From Candidatus Multivoradales bacterium (lineage in GTDB: Bacteria; Acidobacteriota; Thermoanaerobaculia; Multivoradales; JAHEKO01), in NCBI GenBank assembly GCA_965223155.1, contig CBDCVR010000015.1, positions 1,056,001-1,120,000 of the forward strand: 64,000 nucleotides of DNA, read 5' to 3'. The notes beneath the pieces are model-generated. The model was not told the origin of the DNA. It saw only the letters and a program-made list of their open reading frames with translations, and ran no database searches. The translations under genes and the position numbers were made by a program. Shown here one piece after another: positions 9,557 to 22,480 of the stretch. Each line of letters opens with the position of its first letter. Positions within the stretch are counted from its first letter, which is position 1.

Positions 9557-10717
9557 TTACAGAGCGGCCAGCGCGCGTTCGAGATCGGCGATGAGGTCCG
9601 CCGAGTCCTCGATCCCGACCGAGACTCGCACCAGGCCATCGCCGATTCCCAGCTCGGCCCGGCGTTCGGCCGGCACCGAGGCGTGGGTCATGGTGGCGGG
9701 GTGCGAGATCAAGGTCTCGACACCGCCCAGGCTCTCGGCCAGGCTCAGGACCTCGAGCCGATCGAGCACGGTCTTGGCCGCCGCCTGGCTGCCCAGATCG
9801 AAGGAGATGAGGGCGCCGAATCCCGAGGCCTGACGCTTCTGGACCTCGTGACCAGGGTGGTCGGGCAGGCCCGGATAGAGCACCGAGCGCACCTTGGGGT
9901 GCTCGTTCAAGAACTCGGCGACCGCCCGGCCGTTGACCTCGTGCCGCTCCATGCGCACCGCCAGCGTCTTGAGTCCGCGCAGCACCAGAAAGCTGTCGAA
10001 GGGGCCCAGGATGGCGCCTTCCGACTTCTGGACAAAGGCGAACCATTCGGCATCGTCCTCACGCGCGGTGACCAGGGCACCGCCGATCGAATCGCTGTGT
10101 CCGTTCAGGAATTTGGTGGTCGAATGAACCACGGCGTCCGCTCCGAGCTCCAGCGGCCGCTGGAAATAGGGCGACAGAAAGGTGTTGTCGACCGCCATGC
10201 GCGCCCCGCGCTCGTGGGCGATCCCGGCGATGGCGGCGATGTCCGAAACTTCTATCATCGGGTTAGTCGGGGTCTCGATGTAGACCAGTCGCGTCGAGGC
10301 GGTCATTGCCGCCTCGACGGCGTCAAGGTCGGTCGAGTCCACCCACGAGAAGGACAGCCCGTAGCGCTCGAGCACGTGATGGAAAAACCGGTAGGTGCCG
10401 CCGTAGACATTCTGCGAGCAGACGACGTGCTCGCCCGCCTGGACCAGAGTCAAGAGAGCCGCGATCGCCGACATGCCCGAGGCGAAGGCGTGGCCGGCGA
10501 CGCCGCCTTCGAGAGCGGCGACATTGGCTTCGAGGGCGGCGCGGGTCGGGTTCTGGACGCGAGCGTACTCGTAACCCTTGTGGTGTCCCATCTCGTCGTG
10601 GACATAGGTCGAGGTCTGATAGATGGGCATGGTCACCGACCCGGTGGCGGGGTCCGGCGCTTGGCCGGCATGGATGGCCCGGGTGGAAAAGCCCAGCTTG
10701 GACGGATCGCCTTTCAC
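9557..10717 (-). CDS. Cystathionine gamma-synthase/gamma-lyase (Cys/Met metabolism PLP enzyme)
   Basis: TRAIHAGQ, PIYQTSTY, ETPTNP, DNTF, HSTTKFLNGHSD (PLP Lys), AESLGGVE; GTG start at 10717 preceded by AGGAG. Confidence 0.92.
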   Translation of the reverse strand: MKGDPSKLGFSTRAIHAGQAPDPATGSVTMPIYQTSTYVHDEMGHHKGYEYARVQNPTRAALEANVAALEGGVAGHAFASGMSAIAALLTLVQAGEHVVCSQNVYGGTYRFFHHVLERYGLSFSWVDSTDLDAVEAAMTASTRLVYIETPTNPMIEVSDIAAIAGIAHERGARMAVDNTFLSPYFQRPLELGADAVVHSTTKFLNGHSDSIGGALVTAREDDAEWFAFVQKSEGAILGPFDSFLVLRGLKTLAVRMERHEVNGRAVAEFLNEHPKVRSVLYPGLPDHPGHEVQKRQASGFGALISFDLGSQAAAKTVLDRLEVLSLAESLGGVETLISHPATMTHASVPAERRAELGIGDGLVRVSVGIEDSADLIADLERALAAL

Positions 10718-10925
10718 AACAGTCTCCTGGTCACGTGCTGAATGAAAACCGGGGTCGAACAAGACGCCGGCGCCGAAAGTCCGCCAAACGAGTCCTTCGA
10801 CAGGGTTGGCTTCTCGGACGCCGGAGGCCGCATTCTAGGAGATTCCGCGCGGCGACGGTCGCCTCGTCGGCGTCGGTTCGCGGTACCGAGAAAAAGACGG
10901 TTCGTCGCCGGCTAAGATACCGGCC

Positions 10926-12002
10926 ATGACCGATCGCACCGAAGCGGCGACCTTTCAGGACCCTTCCGAAGTCTTCAGTCCGATCCGATGGGACGGGGGC
11001 TTGAAGCTTCTGGACCAGACCCGCCTGCCCCGCGAGGAGGTCTGGCTCGACTGCGACACCCCCGAAGACGTCGAGGCGGCGATCTACCGGCTCTCGGTAC
11101 GCGGCGCGCCGGCGATCGGCGTCACTGCCGCCTACGGCCTGGTCGTGGGACTCGAGACCCGCAAACCGGACCAGAGCCTCGACGACCGATTCGCCGAGGT
11201 TGCCGAGCTCTTGGGCGCCTCGCGGCCGACCGCGGTCAACCTGCGCTGGGCGATCGGCCGGGCGCGCGAGGTCTTCTCAGCCAGCTCCGGTCGCGACGAC
11301 GCCGAGCGCATCGCGGCGCTTCTGGACTGGGCGCACGGCGTCCACGCCGCCGACGTCCGCTCGAACCAGCGGATGGGCGCGTTCGGCGCCGAGCTCTTCG
11401 CCGCAGGCGACCGGGTCCTGACCCACTGCAACACCGGCGCGCTTGCGACCGCCGGGCACGGCACCGCCCTGGGAGTGATCCTGTCGTCGTTCGAGCAGGG
11501 CAAGGTGGGGCAGGTCTGGGTCGACGAGACCCGGCCGCTGCTCCAGGGGGCGCGGCTCACGGCCTGGGAGTTGGAGCGCCTCGGAATCCCGTACAAGGTG
11601 GTCACCGATTCGAGCTGCGGCGCGCTCATGGCCCGCGGCCTGGTGGATCGGGTGGTGGTCGGAGCCGATCGGATCGCCGCCAACGGGGATACCGCCAACA
11701 AAATCGGGACTTACACCGTGGCGGTTCTGGCCGCCCGGCACGGCGCGCCGTTCTACGTCGCCGCGCCGCTCTCGACCATCGATCCGGAGACTCCGACCGG
11801 CAACGAGATTCCGATCGAAGAACGCTCGGCCGACGAGGTGCGCGAGGTCTTCGGCACTTCGGTCGTGCCCGCCGAGGCGCCGGCGGCGAACTTCGCCTTC
11901 GACGTCACCCCGCACGAGCTCATCGCCGCCATCATCACCGACGCGGGCGTGCTCGAGGCTCCGTACACCGAATCGATCGCCCGCGCGCTCGCCAGCGCCT
12001 GA
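10926..12002 (+). CDS. mtnA: S-methyl-5-thioribose-1-phosphate isomerase
   Basis: LLDQTRLP, VRGAPAIG, RPTAVNL, THCNTGALAT, DETRPLLQGARLT, ANKIGTY, AFDVTP. Confidence 0.96.
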   Translation: MTDRTEAATFQDPSEVFSPIRWDGGLKLLDQTRLPREEVWLDCDTPEDVEAAIYRLSVRGAPAIGVTAAYGLVVGLETRKPDQSLDDRFAEVAELLGASRPTAVNLRWAIGRAREVFSASSGRDDAERIAALLDWAHGVHAADVRSNQRMGAFGAELFAAGDRVLTHCNTGALATAGHGTALGVILSSFEQGKVGQVWVDETRPLLQGARLTAWELERLGIPYKVVTDSSCGALMARGLVDRVVVGADRIAANGDTANKIGTYTVAVLAARHGAPFYVAAPLSTIDPETPTGNEIPIEERSADEVREVFGTSVVPAEAPAANFAFDVTPHELIAAIITDAGVLEAPYTESIARALASA

Positions 12003-12020
12003 CCTGTACCTGATCGGCGC

Positions 12021-12053
12021 CTGCCCGGCACTCGCCCGGCACTTGCCCGGAAG
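12021..12053. repeat. Three 11-bp imperfect direct repeats between convergent genes
   Basis: CTGCCCGGCAC / TCGCCCGGCAC / TTGCCCGGAAG. Confidence 0.6.
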
Positions 12054-12068
12054 CAGGGCCAGGGGGCG

Positions 12069-13099
12069 CTACTGCACGCGGCCGCTCAGGCTGCGCAGGA
12101 GGCTCATGTAGTTGGCGCGCTCGAAGGCTTCTGGATCGGGGCATCGAGCGAGATTCATCGAGCCCTTGAGCTCGGACACCGACGCGTAGCCGTGCTCGCC
12201 GAGCCAGGCGGCGGTCTCGTCCAGAACGCCGGCTAGGCGCTCGGGTCCTTCCAGGAGGAGCGCCGAGACCATTTGGATGGCGTCGGCACCGCACATGAGC
12301 GCCTTGACCGCGTCCTCGGCGGTGTGGACGCCGCCGGTGACCGCCAGGGACAGACGCCGTTGCGGGCTCAAGATCGCCAGCCACCGGAGCCGCAGCAAGA
12401 GCTCGGCCGAGCTCGACAGATGGAGGCTCCGGTCCGCCTCGAGCTGCTCGATGTCGATGTCCGGCTGGTAGAAGCGATTGAAGAGCACCAGGCCGGAACT
12501 GCCGGCCTCTTCCAGGCGGCGGGCGAAGTGGGCGAGCGAGGTGTAAAACGGTGACAGCTTGACAGTGACTGGCGCCTGGATCCGGCTCTCGAGCGCCTGG
12601 ACCATCTTGACGGTCTCGAGCTCCAGGCTCTCCGAGCTGGCCCAGGGATCGCTCGCCACCCGATAGACGTTGAGCTCGAGCGCTTGGGCCCCGGCTTCGA
12701 CCAGGAGCACCGCGTAGTCGAGCCACCGCCCGGCGGCGGTACCGTTGAGCGAGGCGATGACCGGCACCGAGACCGCTTCGCACACAGCCTGGAGGTGTTC
12801 CAGATACTCGTCCGGCCCCAGTGACAGGTCCTCGGGTACCGCGAGATAGCTCGAGGCTTCGGCGAAGCCCTCGCCGGGCAGCTCGCTCAGGCCGCCGACG
12901 CCCTCCAGCAGCCCGCCGACCGCGACCTGCTCGTGCTCGATCTGTTCTTCGAACAGCGAGTTCATGACGATTGCCGCGGCCCCGGCGTCCTCTAGGCGCC
13001 GGACGGTGTCGAGGTCGTCGACCAGCGGCGAGGCGCCGGGCATGAACGGATGCGGCAGCTCGAGGCCGAGGTACCGGGTCGTAAGGTCGATGTCGCGGC

Positions 13100-13103
<4 letters not shown>
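12069..13103 (-). CDS. Dihydroorotate dehydrogenase-like flavoprotein (PFOR-associated)
   Basis: DLTTRYLGLEL.HP, SLFEEQI, PVIASLNG, VKLSPF, LFNRFYQPDID, FERANY; ATG overlaps the nifJ stop. Confidence 0.88.
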
Positions 13104-16747
<3,644 letters not shown>

Positions 16748-16962
16748 GGCGCGGGCTCCTCGGCAACGCCGGCTTGCTGCAAGTGCGTCCTCGAGGGACG
16801 AGAGTATTCTGCCCTTATTCGATCATTCGAGAGTCGAGGTAGCGCCACCCGCGAGGGTGGTCGCCTCGACTACCCGCGCGACGGTACCCTGGGGGCACCA
16901 GAAGCGATAGGAATTAGGGGCGGAATCGCACGCTTCACCAACTTCTCGGAAAGGAGACTTCG

Positions 16963-17490
16963 ATGACTCTGGCATCCGATGCTCTGCGCGTCACGGCGCG
17001 CGATCTCATGACCAAGGACCTCGAAACCGTCTCGGCCGACATGAGCGTGCGCGAGCTGGGCGCCTTTCTCGCCGACCACGAGATCTCGGGCGCGCCGGTC
17101 GAAGATGCGAGAGGCGAGCTCATCGGTATCGTCTCGGCGAGCGACGTCGCCCGGGCGAGCGCCGAAGGAGGGTTGTTCTCCGCCGAGGACGGTGGACTTG
17201 GCGCCCGGCCCTACGATGATGATCCGGATGATCCGGTTGAGGCGGAAGACCTCGACGACGAGCGGGGCTACCCGGTCGAGTCGAAGAGTTACGAAGCCGA
17301 CAGCCTGCGGGTGCGCGACATCATGGCCGAGCGCGTCTACACGATCAACGCCGACGCCACCGTGGCCGAGGTCGCCGAGGCGATGCTCGAAGCCCATCTC
17401 CACCGGCTGCTGGTGACCGAGGGCGAGGCCGTGGTCGGCATCGTCTCGACCCTGGATCTCCTCCAGCTTCTGGTTCGCGCCGAGAGCTGA
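16963..17490 (+). CDS. CBS-domain pair protein with acidic linker
   Basis: Two CBS repeats (ARDLMT...ISGAPV...GIVS; VRDIM...HRLLV...GIVSTLD); AAGGAG RBS. Confidence 0.88.
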   Translation: MTLASDALRVTARDLMTKDLETVSADMSVRELGAFLADHEISGAPVEDARGELIGIVSASDVARASAEGGLFSAEDGGLGARPYDDDPDDPVEAEDLDDERGYPVESKSYEADSLRVRDIMAERVYTINADATVAEVAEAMLEAHLHRLLVTEGEAVVGIVSTLDLLQLLVRAES

Positions 17491-17530
17491 GCCTGCGCCT
17501 CCGGTCGGGGCCGTTCCGGATCCTTTAAGG

Positions 17531-17568
17531 AAAAGCGCCCTCCGCGCCAGTCGGCGCGGAGGGCTTTT
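17531..17568. terminator. Bidirectional intrinsic terminator
   Basis: AAAAGC-GCCCTCCGCGCC-agtc-GGCGCGGAGGGC-TTTT: 12-bp perfect stem between convergent genes. Confidence 0.85.
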
Positions 17569-17593
17569 CGATGCTCGGCTGCGGTGCCGTGAA

Positions 17594-19849
17594 TCAGATC
17601 TTGAAGCGAAGACTCACTCCAAAGACGTTGGCCTGGTAATCGCCGAAACTCGGCACCAGCAGCAGCGTCGACGGAAGGAAGTTGTCGAGCCCCTGGAGGT
17701 TGAAGCTGTTGATCGTGTAGTCCTCGTAGAGGTAACGCAGCGCGATCGAGGCGTGGTCGTTCAGGCTGTAGTCGGCCTTGAGCGAGACGCCCAGAAGCTC
17801 GATGTCCTCGTAGTTGTCGAAATCGACGCCGTCGCGGCCGCCCGGAGGCGTCGTGAAATCGGCTTCGCCGTCCGACTCCGACAGGTAGGCCGAAAGATCG
17901 TAGGTCCAGCGGCCGCCAGAGTCTGATGTGAGTCCGATGCCGAAGGTCGCGGTGTCCTCGGCCAGGAGCACCGCCCAGTCATCGAGCGGGTTGGTCGAGA
18001 GAGTGCCACCCGACTGCCGCGCCCGCTGGAAGCTCTCACGATCCGACATCTGTCCGAAGACGTAGAAGTTGCGATGGGCTCCCGGGGTGTAGCCGATCTC
18101 GAAGTTGTAGTCCAGGATCTCGTCCGAGACGAGGCCGAACTCGCTTTCGTCGTAGTCCTCCTCGCGGGCCGAGATGCCGAAGCTGCAGCTCCACGCCGAG
18201 GCCGCGAACATCTGCGCCTGGACTTGGTAGTCGTCGTACTCACGCGCCGCCTGGGTGAACTTTCTGAGGCCCGGCTGATTGTTGATGCCGTGCGGGTCGA
18301 GGAAGGTCACCTCTTGAGCCTCGGTGGCGTAGCCGTTGTTGGACCGGTCCCCGGTCTCCCAGCTTCCCCGCAGGGTCCACTGGTCGTTGGGCCGGGTGTC
18401 GATCGAGAGCTTGATCGTGTCCTCGTCGGTCGAGGCGGTCTCGCGGAGCTCGCGATCCCAGCTCTCGACGTCGTAGGCCAGCGCGACCTGGGTCGCGTCG
18501 CTCACGTCCCAGCCCAGCTCGACCCCGTAGTTCTCCCGGGTGTAGTCGTACTGGACCTTGACGCGCGGGATCTCCTCCCACACCGAATGGAAGCGGACGT
18601 AGCCGGGGAACTCGATCCGGGGCGAGGTGTCGTCGTAGTCGTAGGAACGGTAGCGGAAGGTCAGCGACCAGTCCTCGCCCAGGCTGGTGCCGGCGCTGCC
18701 GCTCAGGGTCAGAACGTCGACCTCATTGTCGGCGTTCCGGACCGGGAGCGAGGAGGCCACGGTCGGGTCGAAAGTCGCCTGGGTCAGGAAATCGACGCCG
18801 ACGACCGACGAGTTGATGGTATAGGGCAGGAAGGGCTCGTCGTTGGTCATGGTCACCATGTTGACCGAGCCGTGCGCCCACCAGGAGCCGCCAAACTTAC
18901 CCCGTCCGCTCAGAAACAGGGTGCTGGCCTCGTTGTCCGGGGCCAGATCGGCGATGCCGCGGCTCGAGCCGTTCTGAGACAGGCCGCTGGGGCTCAGATA
19001 GGCCCTGCCGTCGGTCGAATCGGCACCGAACCAGGGATTGTCCCAGATCAGGGTCGAGATGTCGTTGGTGAAGGTCGAGTTGCGGTAGCCGAATCGGAGA
19101 CCGCCCTTCTTGGCGTTCCACTCACCCTGAATCTCGGCGTCGGTGGTCTGGTAGTCGATGGGCTCCAGTATCTCGATCACGTTGAAGAAGCCGAAGGCGC
19201 CGGAGAACGGTCGCGCCCCCCTGCGATTCTCGTTGCGGTACTCGAAGCCCCAGCGCACGCCGGCCATCGAGCCCAGGTCGAAGCGGACTTTCGTCCGATC
19301 CCGCTGAAGGCCGACGTCGACCCGGTCGGCGCCGTCGATGAGAGGCTGAATCAGCCCCTGCAAGAAACCGGCATTGACCGCGAAGGGACTGACGTTGGCC
19401 GCGCGGTCGCGGATCGCCTGCTCGAAGCTTCGCTGGACCGCGTCCGGGATGTCATAGACGCCGGGCGCGGCTACGTCCCAAAGGAAGACGGCGTTGTTGC
19501 CGAAGCGGTGCTGGATACGGTTGTAGTCGACTTGCAGCCGGTACTTGGCCGACAGGCCGTAGTCGAAGAGGACTCGGCCGTCGTTGCGGTCGACGTTCTT
19601 GCCAACGAGCTTGAGAGTCCGGTTGCCGTCGGCGCTTTCACCGTAGATCGCGAGGCTGGTTCTGAGGCCGCTCGCAAGATCACGGTACTCGGAGAACTTG
19701 GCCGAGTCGGTGTCGACGTCGGTCTCCAGCACCTCGATCTCGATCGGATCGGCCCAGAGCCGGAACCCGTCGGTGCCGGCGGCGACCGGCAGAGCCAGAA
19801 GCGCCAACGAGAGAGCTGTCAGAAGCGTTCGAAGATTGGATCTGGTCAT
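17594..19849 (-). CDS. MtrB/PioB-family outer-membrane beta-barrel
   Basis: Signal peptide, SAKFSEYRD, EPIDYQT, WDNP, LAPDNEA motifs, amphipathic strands, C-terminal ..SLRFKI; adjacent to the decaheme cytochrome. Confidence 0.88.
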   Translation of the reverse strand: MTRSNLRTLLTALSLALLALPVAAGTDGFRLWADPIEIEVLETDVDTDSAKFSEYRDLASGLRTSLAIYGESADGNRTLKLVGKNVDRNDGRVLFDYGLSAKYRLQVDYNRIQHRFGNNAVFLWDVAAPGVYDIPDAVQRSFEQAIRDRAANVSPFAVNAGFLQGLIQPLIDGADRVDVGLQRDRTKVRFDLGSMAGVRWGFEYRNENRRGARPFSGAFGFFNVIEILEPIDYQTTDAEIQGEWNAKKGGLRFGYRNSTFTNDISTLIWDNPWFGADSTDGRAYLSPSGLSQNGSSRGIADLAPDNEASTLFLSGRGKFGGSWWAHGSVNMVTMTNDEPFLPYTINSSVVGVDFLTQATFDPTVASSLPVRNADNEVDVLTLSGSAGTSLGEDWSLTFRYRSYDYDDTSPRIEFPGYVRFHSVWEEIPRVKVQYDYTRENYGVELGWDVSDATQVALAYDVESWDRELRETASTDEDTIKLSIDTRPNDQWTLRGSWETGDRSNNGYATEAQEVTFLDPHGINNQPGLRKFTQAAREYDDYQVQAQMFAASAWSCSFGISAREEDYDESEFGLVSDEILDYNFEIGYTPGAHRNFYVFGQMSDRESFQRARQSGGTLSTNPLDDWAVLLAEDTATFGIGLTSDSGGRWTYDLSAYLSESDGEADFTTPPGGRDGVDFDNYEDIELLGVSLKADYSLNDHASIALRYLYEDYTINSFNLQGLDNFLPSTLLLVPSFGDYQANVFGVSLRFKI

Positions 19850-19894
19850 CGCTGTTACCTCCTCATCATTCGTCCGGTCGGTCCTGGCTGCGTC

Positions 19895-20845
19895 CTAGTG
19901 ACCCAGATAGGGCGACGAAGGATGATTCGATCCGTGGATTGCGGAGTGGCAGTTCAAGCAAGCTCGGCTGAAGTCCCGGTTGCTCGGGCTGGTGCCGTCG
20001 GCCAGGGTTCTCCGGTCGTAGAGAGTGCCGGGGTGCCGCGTATTGGAGTGGCACTGCTGGCAGAGATACGGCACCGAGGTCTTCTGAAGCTTCAGGTGGT
20101 TCGAGCCGTGCGGTGTGTGGCAGTTGGTGCAGCCTTCCCGAACCGGTGGGTGCTCCCACAGGAAGGGACCACGCTTCTCGGCGTGGCAGGAATAGCACTG
20201 GTCGTTGATCGAGACCGCGGCGACCATTTTGGGCGACTCGGCGCCATGCGGGTTGTGGCAGTCGTTGCAGGCGATCTGCCCCTCCCGAATCGGATGGTGC
20301 GAGCGCTTCCAGGTCTCGGCGCGCACGTCCTTGTGGCAACTGAAGCACTGTTCCATGGTGGTCGCGGTCTGAAGCTGCGCCTGCTCGGATTCGAAGGAAT
20401 GAACGCTGTGGCACGACAGGCAGGAGAGATCCCGCTTCTCGTGAGCGCTGCCGGCCCAGAAGAACTGGTTGCCGCCGTCATGGCAGGTCGTGCATAGCTC
20501 GGACTGCTCGGCGGTTGAAAGATCGGAGACCCGCGGCTGGAAGGTCTCGGGGTCTTCGACGTGCTTGCCGCCGGGACCGTGGCAGGTCTCGCAACTCGCG
20601 TCGGCGTGGCCGGCCAGCTCCAGGAAGGCGGCCTTGCCGTGCTGGGTCTTGCCCAGCGCGGCGCCGTAGCCCTCGTGGCACTCGACACAGGTCTCTCCGC
20701 CGACGAACTCGGTGGCCATGGCGGTCATGGCGTCGGCCGTCCCGGCGCCGGCGTCCGCCGGTTCCTGGGCGGCCAGTGAAGTGCCCAGTACAAGTGCCAA
20801 GACCAGGGCTTCGACCAAGGGAACCAGGTAGCGTCGAACTCTCAT
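19895..20845 (-). CDS. DmsE/MtrA/MtoA-family decaheme c-type cytochrome
   Basis: 10 CxxCH motifs counted (CVECH, CETCH, CTTCH, CLSCH, CFSCH, CNDCH, CYSCH, CTNCH, CQQCH, CLNCH), AEKRGPFLWEHPPV, IHGSNHPS; GGAGG RBS and signal peptide. Confidence 0.95.
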   Translation of the reverse strand: MRVRRYLVPLVEALVLALVLGTSLAAQEPADAGAGTADAMTAMATEFVGGETCVECHEGYGAALGKTQHGKAAFLELAGHADASCETCHGPGGKHVEDPETFQPRVSDLSTAEQSELCTTCHDGGNQFFWAGSAHEKRDLSCLSCHSVHSFESEQAQLQTATTMEQCFSCHKDVRAETWKRSHHPIREGQIACNDCHNPHGAESPKMVAAVSINDQCYSCHAEKRGPFLWEHPPVREGCTNCHTPHGSNHLKLQKTSVPYLCQQCHSNTRHPGTLYDRRTLADGTSPSNRDFSRACLNCHSAIHGSNHPSSPYLGH

Positions 20846-20986
20846 TGCACACCTCCCTGCGGGTTGTCGTATCTCTCCGCCATCTTTTTTCGCATAACGA
20901 AAGGCAAGACGCCCCACCCGAAGAAGCAGTTTTCGGCACGTTCCCGGGTGGGTACCGCGTCCGAGTCGATGGGTGGAGGGGTGGCC

Positions 20987-21178
20987 TCAGTCGGAGACGA
21001 GAGTCAGGAGAAAGACCGCGATACCGGCGACAACCAGGATGGCGCCGCCCAAGGCGAAGAAGAGAAAGGCCGTGGGATGGGACCAGTTCAAGGTCAGCCA
21101 CTCGACGGCGAGGCCGGCGGCGACGAGAACGCCCGCGAGCTTCAAGCGGGCGCGGAGCCTAGGAGTGACCGCGCTCAT
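20987..21178 (-). CDS. Small two-TM membrane protein (63 aa)
   Basis: Two hydrophobic helices around WSHPTAF; ATGA overlap with the NapC/NirT gene stop. Confidence 0.7.
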   Translation of the reverse strand: MSAVTPRLRARLKLAGVLVAAGLAVEWLTLNWSHPTAFLFFALGGAILVVAGIAVFLLTLVSD

Positions 21179-21789
21179 GGCGTTACCGCCTCCCAGGTGT
21201 CGAGCTCGTCGAGCTCGTGGACGGCGTGGACGAACTCGTGGCATTCGAGACAAGGGGTCTCGCCCGAGGCCATGGCCTCGAGATCATCCTCGTGCATCTC
21301 GTTTTCGACAAACGACCGCGCCCCGCCGTGGCAATGGAGGCACTCCCGGTTCTGGTACGGCTCGTAGAGCTCGATCGTCTCGGGCACGGTGCCCAGGTAG
21401 TTGACCCAGACGTGCTTCAGGCCGCGCATCTTGGCCGCAAAGTCGCCATACATCGTGTACGAGGTATGGCAATCGAAGCAGGCATGGTCCCGATCGACCA
21501 GCGAATTCTGGAAGTGAACCGCCGGCAGGTACTCCGAGTCGTCGATAGCGAGACTTCTGCCGTAGGGCTCCATGACGTGGCAGGACAGGCAGAACTCGGT
21601 TGACTTCGAGTGCTCGAGATGGGTCGCGGTGCCCAGGCCGGTAACCAGAAGCGGCAGGGCAAAGAGGGCGACGAAGGCCAGGACCTTGCCGCCACGCGCC
21701 TTGGTGAGGGAAGGGCGCAGCCCCACCAGAAGCGCCGCCAGGATGGCGACGGCGAAAAGGGTCAGTGGGAGCCAGGGCGGCAAGGGCAT
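21175..21789 (-). CDS. NapC/NirT/CymA-family tetraheme membrane cytochrome c
   Basis: Two N-terminal TM helices, EFCLSCHVM signature, 4 CxxCH (CLSCH, CFDCH, CLHCH, CLECH), AKMRGLKH. Confidence 0.9.
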   Translation of the reverse strand: MPLPPWLPLTLFAVAILAALLVGLRPSLTKARGGKVLAFVALFALPLLVTGLGTATHLEHSKSTEFCLSCHVMEPYGRSLAIDDSEYLPAVHFQNSLVDRDHACFDCHTSYTMYGDFAAKMRGLKHVWVNYLGTVPETIELYEPYQNRECLHCHGGARSFVENEMHEDDLEAMASGETPCLECHEFVHAVHELDELDTWEAVTP

Positions 21790-21836
21790 CGTGACTTCGG
21801 GTCGGAGCGGGAACCTCTAGCCGGAGCGCCGGATCC

Positions 21837-22235
21837 CTAGTGCGCCGGCGACGTCTCGAGCGTGGCCAGCCAATCCAGGATCGCGGTCAGCTCCTCGTCG
21901 GTACCTTTGAATTCCTTCTTGTGTTGCTTGTCGTCTTTGAGCACGTCCCGCTTGATGTATTGGAACGCCCACTCGACGTCGAGCTCGCTGCTCGAGCTGA
22001 GATCGGGTCCCTTCATCTTGTCGGACTTGGTCTTGGCGGCAATGTCAACAGCCTCGACCGAGTGGCAGAGGTTGCACTTCAGAGCGACGAAGGCTTCCTG
22101 GCCCGCGGCCGCCTCCGAAGCTGCGGCTGCGGTCGGGAAGGCCAGGATGGCAGCCATCAGGAAGAGGACCGGCACTGCCAGTGGCAGCGCTGGGTAGAGC
22201 GGGGTCGAAGGACGATTCTGGGTTCTTGCTTTCAT
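21837..22235 (-). CDS. Periplasmic monoheme class I cytochrome c
   Basis: Signal peptide, CNLCH, GPDL, C-terminal TDEEL..I..WL helix. Confidence 0.85.
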   Translation of the reverse strand: MKARTQNRPSTPLYPALPLAVPVLFLMAAILAFPTAAAASEAAAGQEAFVALKCNLCHSVEAVDIAAKTKSDKMKGPDLSSSSELDVEWAFQYIKRDVLKDDKQHKKEFKGTDEELTAILDWLATLETSPAH

Positions 22236-22480
22236 GGTCTGTTCCTTCGTTTGGATTCTTGCCTCGGATCTCGAGAGCCTCTCGGCGTCGGAGAGAATCT
22301 TCTTCCACACGCCATTGAACCATTGCTGCCGGTCCAATGCGCCACCCGCGCGGGTGGTCCACTGAGCTACCCGGTGGACGCACCCAGCGGCCTGGAGGAA
22401 AGCGCGACGAAACTTCGGACGCCGCCGGGATCGCGATAGGGTCGGACGGCTTTTCGAAACGCTCTTCCAGGGGGTCGCCC

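Noticed and set aside
10718-10925. SAM/SAH riboswitch expected between the cystathionine lyase gene and mtnA
   Set aside because: No SAM-I core or SAH motif on either strand; mtnA appears leaderless.
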